From IMG/VR virus record IMGVR_UViG_2932189381_000001, positions 1 to 64,000 of that record: a DNA stretch of 64,000 nt. The stretch is one strand, 5' to 3'. Source of the stretch: a virus. Lineage: Duplodnaviria; Caudoviricetes. Both the position numbers and the translations under genes were made by a program. Position 1 is the stretch's first letter. Each line of letters starts with the position of its first letter. Below, one piece after another: positions 1 to 9,857 of the stretch. Under the pieces are notes generated by a model. That model saw only the letters and a program-made list of their open reading frames with translations. It made no database searches and was not told where the DNA came from.

Positions 1-264
1 TTACGGGGCATGCCAGACCTCCTTCTGCAGGGGCATGGTGATCTGCCTCGGAACGCGGGGAGCTTTGGGCACCTCTATAGGCTCGCCGCACCAGCATGTG
101 GCGCCGACGCCCATCTGCGGGGCGCCCAGGTAGACGAGCATGGCCCGTACTTGCTGCAGCATTCCGAAGTAGTTGAGGCCGCGGCCGATGACGATTGCGA
201 CTCTGCCCCTGTCCCACCGCGGTGCGATCGGGACGAAGTCCTCCACGATCACGATTGCGCACAT
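1..264 (-). CDS. Small hypothetical protein (CWCG motif), possible antirepressor; overlaps the start of the next leftward gene
   Basis: ORF MCAIVIVED...KEVWHAP; its 3' end contains AAGGAGG-N6-ATG (ATG at 11-9) of a downstream gene, positionally the integrase. Confidence 0.55.
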   Translation of the reverse strand: MCAIVIVEDFVPIAPRWDRGRVAIVIGRGLNYFGMLQQVRAMLVYLGAPQMGVGATCWCGEPIEVPKAPRVPRQITMPLQKEVWHAP

Positions 265-323
265 ACAACCCCCATGAGCCTGTGAACGACTTGCGTTCCC
301 GGCCGCAGGTGGAGGTACGGCGG

Positions 324-346
324 AGTCTCGACGGTACAACTGACAA
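324..346 (-). promoter_or_regulatory. RecA-NDp/PafBC-like DNA-damage promoter
   Basis: TTGTCAGTT-GTACCGTC(8 nt)-GAGACT on minus strand. Confidence 0.5.
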
Positions 347-432
347 CTACCGTTCGTGAAGCTTCCATGCGAGATCAGTGAGGTTAAACCCGAACTTCAC
401 GAATGGTTGTACCTCGAACGGGTGAATTTCCG

Positions 433-786
433 TCAAGGGGTGGACTTCTGCCGCTCCCGCATCGCCTGCATCGTCGCCTCGACCACCCGGCGGTCCTTGC
501 CGTCGAGGGCGCGGTACATGTGGAGGAAGCGGCGCTCTTCCTCGTCGTCGATGGCGTCGGGTACGTGGCGGCCGGCGGCTTCGAAGACGGTGGCGACGGG
601 GAGCTCGGCGCCGGCGGCGAGCTGGCGGAGCTTGTCGGGGGAGGGGCCTCGGCTGCCGGTGGCGCGGTCGCCGTTCTTCCAGCTGTGGAGGGTGGAGGTG
701 GACAGGCTTGAGCGCCGGGCGAGAGTGGTGAGTGTCCAGCCCTTCTCGTCCATCACCCTGGTGATCAAGCGCGCGAGGTCATCCAC
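433..786 (-). CDS. Immunity repressor, XRE-family HTH (no S24 peptidase domain)
   Basis: LARLITRVMDEKGWTLTTLARRSSLSTSTLHSWKNG HTH; divergent from cro; start codon approximate. Confidence 0.85.
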   Translation of the reverse strand: MDDLARLITRVMDEKGWTLTTLARRSSLSTSTLHSWKNGDRATGSRGPSPDKLRQLAAGAELPVATVFEAAGRHVPDAIDDEEERRFLHMYRALDGKDRRVVEATMQAMRERQKSTP

Positions 787-982
787 ATGTAGAAGGATCG
801 TGCATCGCGTGCCACGGAGACAAGTCGGCTCGGCCCATCTGACCTGCTTTGATTTCCACATGCGGAAGCACTGGCATATGCGGAAGCGCTGGCCAACGCT
901 TCCTTGCACGTCAGGAGACTTGACATCAATCCACATCCAACCTTGAATGTGGAAACGAAGCCGACGGCCGAGCTTCCACATT
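782..982. promoter_or_regulatory. Lysis/lysogeny switch: rightward promoter and TCCACAT operator half-sites
   Basis: TTGACA 920-925, TTGAAT 943-948; TCCACAT/ATGTGGA at 782, 855, 930, 947(inverted), 975; another copy at 1294. Confidence 0.75.
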
Positions 983-1021
983 CGGCCACGCGCAACACTC
1001 TCGGCCACGAAAGGGCACCAC

Positions 1022-1273
1022 ATGCACAGACGGGACAACGGCCAGCCCATCCGGGACGCAATGCGGGAAGCCGGCCTGTCCATCGAGCGCCTCGCCGAGA
1101 AGACCAGGCAAGCCGACCCCCTCGGCTACGGCATCAGCCGCTCCGCAGTCGGCCACATGGTCTCCCGCGGCCCCAGCGGTCGGAACGGGTTCGAAGACCG
1201 CTCCTGCGACCTCGTGGCGCTCGCGCTCGACAAGCCCATAGGGGAACTGTTCGACACCCCCGCCCCCACGTGA
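1022..1273 (+). CDS. Cro-like XRE HTH protein
   Basis: IRDAMREAGLSIERLAEKT...ISRSAVGHM...LALDKPIGELF; first gene divergent from repressor. Confidence 0.8.
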   Translation: MHRRDNGQPIRDAMREAGLSIERLAEKTRQADPLGYGISRSAVGHMVSRGPSGRNGFEDRSCDLVALALDKPIGELFDTPAPT

Positions 1274-1339
1274 CCTTTTTCGTGCCAACAGTTTCCACAT
1301 TCACCGAAAGATCATCCACAACGAACGGAAGGAGGAGTA

Positions 1340-1612
1340 GTGGAGCAGCCCTTCACCCCCACGCAGCTGTACACCCCCCTGCTCACCAAGGCGGAGCTCC
1401 GCGAGTGGCTCAAGGTCAGCGACATGTGGATCCGCATGCGGGTCGACGACGACCCCGAGTTCAAGGCCCGCGGATGCGTCATCGACATCGCCACCCCGGA
1501 CAGCAGCCGGCGAACCCTCCGGTTCCCGGCCCGCGCGGTCGCCGAGTACCTCGGCATCCCGGACTACGCCACCCCGCAGCTCCAGCGAGAGCCGGCCCGC
1601 GCCGCCGCCTAG
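1340..1612 (+). CDS. Excisionase/AlpA-like winged-helix protein
   Basis: PLLTKAELREWLKVSDMWI...TLRFPARAVAEYL; strong GGAGGAG RBS. Confidence 0.7.
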   Translation: MEQPFTPTQLYTPLLTKAELREWLKVSDMWIRMRVDDDPEFKARGCVIDIATPDSSRRTLRFPARAVAEYLGIPDYATPQLQREPARAAA

Positions 1613-1692
1613 ACGGCAAAGAGGCCGCCCCGTGCACCCGGAACGGCCTCGCGATCCACACCACCCGAACACAGAGAACAGGAGCGTGGACC

Positions 1693-2133
1693 TTGTCCAC
1701 ATCATCACAGAACCCCAGCGCCCCGGACGACATCGTGCAGGCCGCCCGCTTCGACAGCGGCCACGCCTGGCGCACTCGGCCCGCGTTCGACCCGGAGCGC
1801 CCGCCCTTGTCCGAGACGCCGACGCCGTCCCTTGACGAGATGGCGCAGGCGCCCGGCGCGACGCAGACCCTGTACCGGGTCGTCTATGAGCGGGTCGGCC
1901 GCCGCGGTGGCCGTGACGGCTCGACGCCGCCCCCGCCGCTCACCGTGTGGGCGGTCGACGCCGACAGCCTCGCCGAGCGCATCCACAAGGACGCACGCCG
2001 CTACCTCACGTCGCGTGAGACCGAGGTGGTCGTGGACCTGGAGAACCTGCGCGGCTGCATCTTCGCCGGGTTCAACAACGGCGGCGGCTTCCAGCTGGAG
2101 GTCGTGGCGACGACGGAAGGCGGTGCGGCATGA
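1693..2133 (+). CDS. Hypothetical phage protein
   Basis: High-GC3 frame, RBS AGGAG, overlaps next gene (ATGA); start uncertain. Confidence 0.6.
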   Translation: MSTSSQNPSAPDDIVQAARFDSGHAWRTRPAFDPERPPLSETPTPSLDEMAQAPGATQTLYRVVYERVGRRGGRDGSTPPPPLTVWAVDADSLAERIHKDARRYLTSRETEVVVDLENLRGCIFAGFNNGGGFQLEVVATTEGGAA

Positions 2134-2861
2134 CCGACTTCCCCGAGATCGCCGAGCACTTCAAGAACGACTTCGCCGAGGCCACCGTCAAGGCGCAGCG
2201 CGAGGACGGCTTGTTCCGCCACATCGAGTTCTCCGCCCCGAAGTCCATGAACCGGCTCGTGCTGGTGACGTGGCCGTACAACCTGCTGGTGGCCGGCTCG
2301 CACGGCTCGTTCCACTTCGAGCGGTTCGGCCAGGACACCGAGGACATGTTCGCCTGGCTGCGCGGCAGCAGGGTCAACCCGGACTCGTGGGCGTCGAAGC
2401 TGGTCAACGGCCGCCGCTCGGTGGAGGAGTACGACCGCGCCCGCATGGAAGCCCAGATCAACGAGCGGGTCGCCGAGGCGATCCGGGACGACTGGGCGCC
2501 CGACGGCCTGGAAGCCGCAGTGCGCGAGGAGATCCTCGACAGCGACCTCCTCGACACCAAGGACACCGCGTTCCAGCTCGTCAGCGAGTTCCAGCACGGC
2601 ATGAAGTACCGGGCCGAGTGCTCGTGCGGTGCGTCCGGCAACGAGGGCTCCTACGACTCGGCTGCAAGCTGGAAGTACTTCGACCACAAGGCGGACGGCA
2701 AGAAGCACAAGGTCCGCATCCGGGAGACCGGCGGCTTCGACTTCGACGACTTCACCGAGTGGAACGTCGACAAGCTGAACTACCACTTCGTCTACCAGTG
2801 CCACGCCGCCGTATGGGCCATCGCCCAGTACGACGCCGCCCGGAAGCAGGTGGCGGCATGA
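2130..2861 (+). CDS. Hypothetical phage protein
   Basis: 243 aa, ATGA overlaps at both ends, strong codon bias. Confidence 0.8.
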   Translation: MTDFPEIAEHFKNDFAEATVKAQREDGLFRHIEFSAPKSMNRLVLVTWPYNLLVAGSHGSFHFERFGQDTEDMFAWLRGSRVNPDSWASKLVNGRRSVEEYDRARMEAQINERVAEAIRDDWAPDGLEAAVREEILDSDLLDTKDTAFQLVSEFQHGMKYRAECSCGASGNEGSYDSAASWKYFDHKADGKKHKVRIRETGGFDFDDFTEWNVDKLNYHFVYQCHAAVWAIAQYDAARKQVAA

Positions 2862-3880
2862 GCGAGCACACCGACCTCGACCCCTTCTGGGTCGAGCAGC
2901 GCGCACAGTTCCTCGCCGAGAAGAGCACCAGCGCCGACCCGTCCGCGTGCGGCACCTGCCGCAGCCTCGTCGAGGCGGGCAAGCCGGTCGAGCACGACGA
3001 GTGCGCCCAGCGCGCCACTCTCCTGCACGCCCCGGATCACCCGCACTACGAGATCCTCGCCGGCTTCTCTCTGGAGGAGAACGCAAAGCTCCCGGCCCGC
3101 TTCCACGTCCCCGTCTTCGACGACTGCGGAGTCCCGAACTCGTGGCTGTGCGCGGTCTGCCAGGAGGAGGGCGTCGTCACTGGCTGGCCGTGCGCCACCG
3201 CCACGAAGTACGGCGCGCAGGTCTTCACCCCGCTGCACGAGGCGGAGACGGCACAGGCGAAGCTGCAGGCCGCCACGACCGCGCAGCCCGCCCTGCCTGC
3301 CCCGGTCGGCGACCAGCCCCAGCCGCTCGACGACCAGCGGCTCGCGGAGATCGCGGCGCGCGTGGAGGCGGCGACGTCCGGCCCGTGGGGTGTCTACGAG
3401 TACGGCGGCGGGGGCTTGCTCGACATCGCCGCCGATTTGAAGGACACCGGCACCGGCTACCGCGCTCGCCGGACGATCGCCCGCCTTGAGGACGAGCCCC
3501 TCGACAACGACCCCACCCACCGGGAGTGGACGGCCGAGGAGGACTGGGAGCAGGTCAAGGCCGACGCCGCGTTCATCGCCCACGCCCCGACCGACGTGCG
3601 CGCTCTGCTGGCGGAGGTCAGGCACCTGCGCGACCAGCAGGCGAAGGACGACGACGAGTACGAGAAGGCCACCGCCGAACTGGCCGCCGCACGAGCCCGC
3701 ATCGCCGAGCTGGAGCACCCGGCTGTTGAGGCGAAGCGCAACGAGGTCCGCGACTCCTTCACCGAACTGGCTGCCGCCGCCCGTGAGACGCGCGACTACG
3801 AGGGCGCCTTCAAGGTCGAATGCGACCTCCGCGAGCGCGAGGAGCAGTGGAAGTGCGAAGACGAGGAGGCGGCCCGATGA
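2858..3880 (+). CDS. Mosaic protein with Ead/Ea22-like domain
   Basis: RLAEIAARVEAATSGPW...ADAAFIAHAPTDVRALLAEV motif. Confidence 0.7.
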   Translation: MSEHTDLDPFWVEQRAQFLAEKSTSADPSACGTCRSLVEAGKPVEHDECAQRATLLHAPDHPHYEILAGFSLEENAKLPARFHVPVFDDCGVPNSWLCAVCQEEGVVTGWPCATATKYGAQVFTPLHEAETAQAKLQAATTAQPALPAPVGDQPQPLDDQRLAEIAARVEAATSGPWGVYEYGGGGLLDIAADLKDTGTGYRARRTIARLEDEPLDNDPTHREWTAEEDWEQVKADAAFIAHAPTDVRALLAEVRHLRDQQAKDDDEYEKATAELAAARARIAELEHPAVEAKRNEVRDSFTELAAAARETRDYEGAFKVECDLREREEQWKCEDEEAAR

Positions 3881-4047
3881 CCCGCCCGATCTCCGACCTG
3901 GACGTGCCGCTGCCGACGTTGCGGCAGCAGGTCGCCGACCTCGTCGCCCGACAGAACGAGCAGCGAGAGCAGCGCGCGGAACAGTCCGCCGAACGACTGC
4001 GGAACTTCCTCGCCCCCACCACCAACCCCGCCAAGGAGGCGTCGTGA
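3877..4047 (+). CDS. Small hypothetical protein
   Basis: Coupled overlaps, RBS. Confidence 0.6.
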   Translation: MTRPISDLDVPLPTLRQQVADLVARQNEQREQRAEQSAERLRNFLAPTTNPAKEAS

Positions 4048-4418
4048 AGCTCGCTGACATCTACCGGAAGGCCGCCCAGGTCATCGCGGCGAACGGCCAC
4101 AACAAGGGCGACTACTACCGGGTCCCCGAGTCCGGCGTCGGGATCGAACTGTCCCGCACCGAGTGGCCGGTGTGCGCGGCAGGAGCCCTGTCCGTGGCCA
4201 TGTTCGCCGACCCGGTCCCGCCCCGCGAGGACGAGGACGGCCGCCCCGAGTTCGACGCGGTCGTCACCCGCCTGAACGCCCGCATCAACGACTTCCACCT
4301 GTACGGCTTCGAGGGCGAACCGCCGGTGCTGCGATTGGCCGGCTGGAACGACAGCGAGGACATCAGCCCCGCCGACGTCATCGCCGTCTTCGAGCGCACC
4401 GCCCGCGAGGTGGCCTGA
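4044..4418 (+). CDS. DUF6197-like protein
   Basis: IYRKAAQVIAANGHNKG...CAAGAL...WND...DVIAVFERTA. Confidence 0.65.
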   Translation: MKLADIYRKAAQVIAANGHNKGDYYRVPESGVGIELSRTEWPVCAAGALSVAMFADPVPPREDEDGRPEFDAVVTRLNARINDFHLYGFEGEPPVLRLAGWNDSEDISPADVIAVFERTAREVA

Positions 4419-4419
4419 C

Positions 4420-4596
4420 ATGGCGGCCCCGACGATGCCCGCCGACGTGATCGAGGACGCCCTCGCCCACGTCTGGGTCGACTGCCACCGCGAGTTCGGG
4501 CCCGACGAGTCGACGTGGCTGCCCGGCCAGGTCCGCGAATACCTCCTCCGCCTCGACGCCGCCCGCCTCGACCCCGGATCGGTGATGGCGTCGTGA
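4420..4596 (+). CDS. Small hypothetical protein
   Basis: 58 aa between coupled genes. Confidence 0.5.
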   Translation: MAAPTMPADVIEDALAHVWVDCHREFGPDESTWLPGQVREYLLRLDAARLDPGSVMAS

Positions 4597-4856
4597 ACAC
4601 CTACCCGCACGACGGCACCGACTTCGACCTGACCGTCACCTACACCGATGTGACCGGCGTCGAGTGGCAGTGGTCCGGCCAGTACAACGAGGCTGGCGAG
4701 CCGCTGATGGGGTCCCGGGACGAGTACAGCCACCTGGACTCGGTCCTGTACTCCCTTCCGGACCTGTATCGGTGGCACGGGCCGCTCATCCCCACCCCCC
4801 GCCGCGCGACCGCCGCCCTCTACCGGCGAGTCCTCCAACAGGAGGTCACCCGATGA
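4593..4856 (+). CDS. phiSA1p31-like phage protein
   Basis: DVTGVEWQWSG...GEPLM...SLPDLYRWHGPLIP. Confidence 0.55.
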   Translation: MNTYPHDGTDFDLTVTYTDVTGVEWQWSGQYNEAGEPLMGSRDEYSHLDSVLYSLPDLYRWHGPLIPTPRRATAALYRRVLQQEVTR

Positions 4857-5001
4857 CCGCCCCCACCCCGGAGGCCGCACCGGCCGCGGAGCCCGCCATC
4901 ACCCGCCGGCCCGTACCCCGCTGGATCACCGACCCCGAGGCGATCGAGTCCATCGCACGCGGCTTCTACGACATCGACGACGACTTCCTGGGGGGACCCA
5001 A

Positions 5002-5457
5002 GTGACCGTGACCCACACCCTGCCCCACGCCCCGTACATCAACGCCGTTGAAGGCGCGCTGACCGAGTGCGGGATGGAGCCCGAGCAGGCCGACGCGTTC
5101 GCCGAGGACTCCTACGACGTGGACTTCCTGCGCGGCGTCATCACCCTCACCCCCGAAACGTCCGGCATCCCCGCCAACCGGTTCAAGCACGGCCTGATCC
5201 TCGTCTGGGACTGGCACACCGGCCGTGACCAGTTCTACGACCGCGGCCCCATCTGGCAGTGGGCCCGCCTCAACGACGACGGATCCAACCGGGACCCGGA
5301 GCCGCTGCCCGTGCCCGGTTGGGTCATGCCCGTCATGCTCGCCGGCTCCGTCGCCACTCTCGCCCACACCGGCACGGCCACGCCGATGACCACCGGATGG
5401 CACCAGCACCTGCGCGCCCCCGTCCAGGACGCCATCGAGGCGTGGGAGACGTCGTGA
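5002..5457 (+). CDS. Hypothetical phage protein
   Basis: 151 aa, coupled overlaps. Confidence 0.7.
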   Translation: MTVTHTLPHAPYINAVEGALTECGMEPEQADAFAEDSYDVDFLRGVITLTPETSGIPANRFKHGLILVWDWHTGRDQFYDRGPIWQWARLNDDGSNRDPEPLPVPGWVMPVMLAGSVATLAHTGTATPMTTGWHQHLRAPVQDAIEAWETS

Positions 5458-5551
5458 TCGTCCTGGCGGCGTTCATCCTCGTCGCCCCCCTCTTCCTCAT
5501 CTTCTTCGGCGAACTCATCTCCGCCCGCATCCGAGCCCGCAAGGAGAGCAA

Positions 5552-6016
5552 GTGAGCATCACCACCCCGACCAAGACGACCGGCAAGCACACCCCGGCCT
5601 ATGTCGAACTCAGCGCCCGCGCCCGGCAGGTGGAGGACGACAACCGGCAGCTCACTGCCGCGAACGAGGACCTCGTGTGCGAGCTGGCCCGCAGCATCAT
5701 CCGGGGCAGCCAGGCCGCCCTCCGCGCCGCCGAACTCGAAGCCGAGAACCAGGCGCTCAAGGCCAGGGTGAAGACGCTCTCCCACAAGGTGTGCCGCAGC
5801 GCCGCCGAACAGGAACGCCTGCGACGCGCGGTCGTCAACGCCCGCCCCCGCATCCGCGAGGTGCCCACCGACCTGGTCCGCCCGTACTCGCCGGTCGTGC
5901 AACTGCCCTACGTCTCCCCGGTGCCCTACTGCGACACCAGCGCGGAGCAGACGCAGGAACTCCCGATCCTCGACCAGCCGCAGCCCTGGCCCACCTACCA
6001 GGTGACCGCCGCCTGA
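5552..6016 (+). CDS. Coiled-coil hypothetical protein
   Basis: Heptad-rich segment AAELEAENQALKARVKTL; RBS AAGGAG. Confidence 0.7.
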   Translation: MSITTPTKTTGKHTPAYVELSARARQVEDDNRQLTAANEDLVCELARSIIRGSQAALRAAELEAENQALKARVKTLSHKVCRSAAEQERLRRAVVNARPRIREVPTDLVRPYSPVVQLPYVSPVPYCDTSAEQTQELPILDQPQPWPTYQVTAA

Positions 6017-6129
6017 CCTGCCGCCCCGGCCGGATGTAACCAGGCCGGCCGGGGCGGCAACCAAGAAGAACCCCCGAGTGCGACAGACACCCGGGGATCC
6101 GACATCCAGCATCCCATGGAGGGATCACC

Positions 6130-7326
6130 TTGTCCGTCACCATCAACGCCCACCAGTTGAAGCTCCTCCTCGACCAGACGGCCGACCACATGGGCCACGA
6201 GGACATCGAGCAGCTGCACGGCATCCGCCTCGACGTCGACAGCCAGTACCTGTACGCGGTCGCCTCCGACCGGTACACCCTCGCCGCCGCCCGCTACCGC
6301 CTCAACGACGGCGACCAAAACCAGGAGCCGTGGGCACGCACCATCCCCGGCGACTTCGTTCCCTCCCTGCGTCAGTGGGTCGACTCGCTGAAGGGCGCCG
6401 CCTACATCACCATCAGCACCGCCAAGGACCGGCTCGTCTTCGACGGACCGCTCGCCGACCTCACCGTGGCCACCAACACCGCGCTGGAGTTCCCCGACTG
6501 GCGAGGCCTGCTCCGCGGCATCGCCGCCCAGAGCGTCGAGGGTGAGCCGTTCCCGGCCCTCAACACCGACTACCTGCCGCGGTGGGCCGCCATCCAGCAG
6601 AGCCTCCGCGTTCGCGTCACTGCCGACCGCAAGGCCGTCCTGCTCTTTGGCGAGAACTTCATCGGCGCCCAGATGCCCACCAACGGGGGAGGCATCGGCC
6701 CGGCCAAGGAGCAGACGTTCGAGGCCGCGCATGACCTGTGGCTGTGGGCCCTCGCAGCAGGCGCCAAGGACGTCGACATGGCCAGCCTGCCGCAGCCGGA
6801 GCCGTCCCGCTTCGAAGCCACCCGCGACATCCGCGAGACCGCCGCCAACCTGCTCCGCGGTGTCCTGGACTCCACGTCGAACGTCTTCAACTGCGACTTC
6901 GACGGGGACCGCGACGCCTGGTTCGCGCACATCCGCTCCGGTGTCTCGGACTGGATGGCCTACCGGTTCCTCGACGCCCTGCACCAGGTCGACCCGCGGG
7001 CCGCCCAGCAGGTCGTCAACGACACCGCCGAGCAGCTGGACTCCGGCGAGCTCGGCGAGTGGGCGTGGGACATGGCCGAAGAGGCCGGCTTCAACCCGAA
7101 GAAGTGGGACGAGGAGCACGAGGCGCGCGTCGCGAAGCAGATGGCGGAGGAGCCCCGCAAGTGGGCGGTCCGCTTGGCCCGCGGCCTGAACGACGCGAAG
7201 AACGCCGGGATCAACTTCCGCGTCGACGACAACGAGTTCGTCGCCTACGACGAGGAGTCTGGCGAGTGGAAGGCCGTCAAGCCGCAGCCCGCCGAGACGA
7301 CTGTCACCGCGGCGGGTGCCGAGTGA
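6130..7326 (+). CDS. Protein with N-terminal DNA pol III beta-clamp-like domain
   Basis: LHGIRLDVDSQYLYAVASDRYTLA and EFPDWRGLL resemble DnaN (L-x-G-V...VATDRYRLA, FPDY) segments. Confidence 0.6.
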   Translation: MSVTINAHQLKLLLDQTADHMGHEDIEQLHGIRLDVDSQYLYAVASDRYTLAAARYRLNDGDQNQEPWARTIPGDFVPSLRQWVDSLKGAAYITISTAKDRLVFDGPLADLTVATNTALEFPDWRGLLRGIAAQSVEGEPFPALNTDYLPRWAAIQQSLRVRVTADRKAVLLFGENFIGAQMPTNGGGIGPAKEQTFEAAHDLWLWALAAGAKDVDMASLPQPEPSRFEATRDIRETAANLLRGVLDSTSNVFNCDFDGDRDAWFAHIRSGVSDWMAYRFLDALHQVDPRAAQQVVNDTAEQLDSGELGEWAWDMAEEAGFNPKKWDEEHEARVAKQMAEEPRKWAVRLARGLNDAKNAGINFRVDDNEFVAYDEESGEWKAVKPQPAETTVTAAGAE

Positions 7327-7475
7327 GGCGCTTCCTGCTCGGCCTGATCCTCGGCGCGGCCGGCTCCGGCATCACCTGGGCGGTGACCGAGAGCCCCGCC
7401 TGGACCGCGGTCATCGGGATCACCGTCGCAGTCCTCGTCTGGTTCGGCGAGCTCATCCTCGACGACCTCCTCTGA
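7323..7475 (+). CDS. Small 2-TM membrane protein
   Basis: RRFLLGLILGAAGSGITWAVT...LVWFGELILDDLL. Confidence 0.65.
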   Translation: MRRFLLGLILGAAGSGITWAVTESPAWTAVIGITVAVLVWFGELILDDLL

Positions 7476-7597
7476 CCAACAACCCCATACCGGCCGCTGG
7501 CGCCTCGCGCTGCGGCATCCGAAGGGCCCGCTCCGCCGGAGCACCCCCCGCCCGAGCGGAGCGGGCCCCCACCACCTCACACCCTGGAGCAGGTCAC

Positions 7598-7720
7598 ATG
7601 AGCACCGAAAGCACCACAAAACCCACCGGGCCACTCGGCTGCACCCGCTGCGGCAACACCGACGGGCCCTTCACCCGCGACGGCCTCTGCGAAACCTGCG
7701 CCGACGGAGACCAGCAGTGA
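7598..7720 (+). CDS. Small zinc-finger protein
   Basis: CTRC...CETC, RBS GGAG. Confidence 0.5.
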   Translation: MSTESTTKPTGPLGCTRCGNTDGPFTRDGLCETCADGDQQ

Positions 7721-8580
7721 CCGCCGCCGTCGAGGTCGACGCCCCGCAGGTCATCGACGGACTGTCCGCCGACGCGTACCACGCGGACCGCACGTCGATC
7801 TCCTCGACCGGTCTCCGCGCCCTCCTCAACCCCGGCTGCCCCGCCCAGTTCAAGCACGACCGCGACAACCCCCAGCCGCCGAAGAAGGAGTTCGACCTCG
7901 GCAACGCCGTCCACACCGCGGTGCTGGGCGAGGGCCACGACATCGTCGTCCTCGACTACGCGGACTGGAAGAAGGCCGAAGCCCGCGTCCTGCGCGACGA
8001 GGCTTACGCCGAGGGCAAGGTGCCGCTCCTGCCGAAGGAGAAGCGCCAGGTCGACGCCATGGCCGAGGCCATCCGTCAGCACCCGCTCGCCGGCCCCCTC
8101 TTCGCCCCCGGCACGGGGATCGCGGAACGGTCGCTGTACTGGACCGATCCGGTGACCGGCGTCCGCTGCAGGGTCCGCCCGGACTGGCTGAAGCAGATGC
8201 CCGGCCTGACCCTCGCGGTCGACCTGAAGACCACGAAGGACGCCAACCCCGAAGCCGTCTCCCGGGCGATCCGCGACTACTCGTACCACCAGCAGGACGC
8301 CTTCTACGTCGACGGCATATGGGCCGCCATGCAGCCCGAAGACGTCCGCTTCGTCTTCGTCTTCATCTCCAAGCAGGCCCCGCACCTGATCACCGTGCGG
8401 GAGCTCACTCAGCAGGACCGTGACATCGGCCGCGCCCGCAACGAACGCGCACTCCGGCTGTACGCCGACTGCGTCACCAACGACTCGTGGCCCGACTGGA
8501 CCGGCCCGGTCACCGAAATCCCCCAGATCGGCATGCCGGTTTGGGAGACCCTCCGCCAGGCCGAGGAGTACTTGCCGTGA
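7717..8580 (+). CDS. RecE/exonuclease VIII-like PD-(D/E)XK nuclease
   Basis: YHAD..ISSTGL, GNAVH, RCRVRPDW, VDLKTT, YHQQDAFY motifs. Confidence 0.9.
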   Translation: MTAAVEVDAPQVIDGLSADAYHADRTSISSTGLRALLNPGCPAQFKHDRDNPQPPKKEFDLGNAVHTAVLGEGHDIVVLDYADWKKAEARVLRDEAYAEGKVPLLPKEKRQVDAMAEAIRQHPLAGPLFAPGTGIAERSLYWTDPVTGVRCRVRPDWLKQMPGLTLAVDLKTTKDANPEAVSRAIRDYSYHQQDAFYVDGIWAAMQPEDVRFVFVFISKQAPHLITVRELTQQDRDIGRARNERALRLYADCVTNDSWPDWTGPVTEIPQIGMPVWETLRQAEEYLP

Positions 8581-9080
8581 GCAGCGAGAACGTGAAGCGG
8601 ATACCGCTCACCAAGGGCTTCTACGCGCTGGTCGACGCCGAAGACTACGAGGCAATCGTGGCGAGTGGTCCGTGGCAGGTGAAGGTGCACGGAAGAACCG
8701 CGTATGCGAGGCGAGGGGTGCGCCTTCCTGGCGGACGCCGCACGACGCAGTACATGCACTCGCTGATCACCAGCCTGCCGATGGTGGATCACGTCAACGG
8801 GGATGGTCTCGACAACCGCAAGACGAATCTACGGCCGTGCACTAGAACGCAGAACGCCGCAAACCACCACATGAAGCGAACCAGCAACTCCGGCTTCAAG
8901 GGAGTCACCTGGTATCCCCGCGGCGAACGCTGGCACGCACGACTCAGAGCCGGGCGCAAGACCCGGTCTCTCGGCTACTACGCCACCCGCGAAGAAGCCG
9001 CCCGCGCCTACGACATCGCCGCGATCGCCCACTTCGGCGAATTCGCCCACACCAACTTTCCCAAGGAGAACTACGCATGA
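8577..9080 (+). CDS. HNH-AP2 homing endonuclease
   Basis: IPLTKG..ALVD; VDHVNGDGLDNRKTNLR; SGFKGV...W.ARL...LGYY.T.EEAARAYD. Confidence 0.9.
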   Translation: MSSENVKRIPLTKGFYALVDAEDYEAIVASGPWQVKVHGRTAYARRGVRLPGGRRTTQYMHSLITSLPMVDHVNGDGLDNRKTNLRPCTRTQNAANHHMKRTSNSGFKGVTWYPRGERWHARLRAGRKTRSLGYYATREEAARAYDIAAIAHFGEFAHTNFPKENYA

Positions 9081-9844
9081 CCAGCAACGAGATCGCCCAG
9101 CGCGACGAGCAGAGCACCGTCGCCACCACCGCCCCCACCCCGCAGCAGCCGGCCAACGAGCTCATGCAGTGGGTCGAGTCCGCCCGCCAAGCCCACCTCG
9201 TCGCCCAGTCCCTCGCCAAGACCCAGTTCGCCGGCGCCTACCGCGGCAAGCCCGACGAGATCGTCGCCGCGATCCTCACCGGGCAGGAACTCGGACTCCA
9301 GCCGATGACCGCCCTGAAGTCCATCGACGTCATCCAGGGGCAGCCCGCCCTGCGGGCGCACGCCATGCGCGCGATCGTCCAGAAGCAGGGCCACGAGATC
9401 GAACTCGTCGAGTCGACGGATGAGCGTTGCGTCATGCGCGGTCGGCGGAAGGGTGCCGAGACCTGGCAGACCGTCGTCTGGGACATCGGCCGCGCCCGCC
9501 AGATGGGCCTCCTCGGCAAGGACCAGTGGAAGAAGCAGCCGAAGACGATGCTGATCGCCCGCGCCACGGGCGAACTGTGCCGCCTCATCGCCTCGGACGC
9601 CCTCCACGGCCTGCCCTACGCCGCCGAGGAGACCGACGGCTACGTCCACGGCGAGATCGCCCCGGCGAAGGCACCCCTGTCCGTGGCCGCGCTCACCGCC
9701 CCGGCGCCCGCACCGCAGCAGGAGGCCCCGGCCGCCGAGCCCGCGTACACCGTCGCACGCGACGACCAGACCGCGGCCGGCGACTGGGACCAGAACGCCA
9801 TCGACGACTCCGCCGACTGGACGCCCGACACCGACCAGCCCTAA
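9077..9844 (+). CDS. RecT-like single-strand annealing protein
   Basis: AYRGKPDEIVAAILTGQELGLQPM...IDVIQGQPAL...WKKQPKTML; next to RecE. Confidence 0.75.
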   Translation: MTSNEIAQRDEQSTVATTAPTPQQPANELMQWVESARQAHLVAQSLAKTQFAGAYRGKPDEIVAAILTGQELGLQPMTALKSIDVIQGQPALRAHAMRAIVQKQGHEIELVESTDERCVMRGRRKGAETWQTVVWDIGRARQMGLLGKDQWKKQPKTMLIARATGELCRLIASDALHGLPYAAEETDGYVHGEIAPAKAPLSVAALTAPAPAPQQEAPAAEPAYTVARDDQTAAGDWDQNAIDDSADWTPDTDQP

Positions 9845-9857
9845 CCCGCAACCAGAC

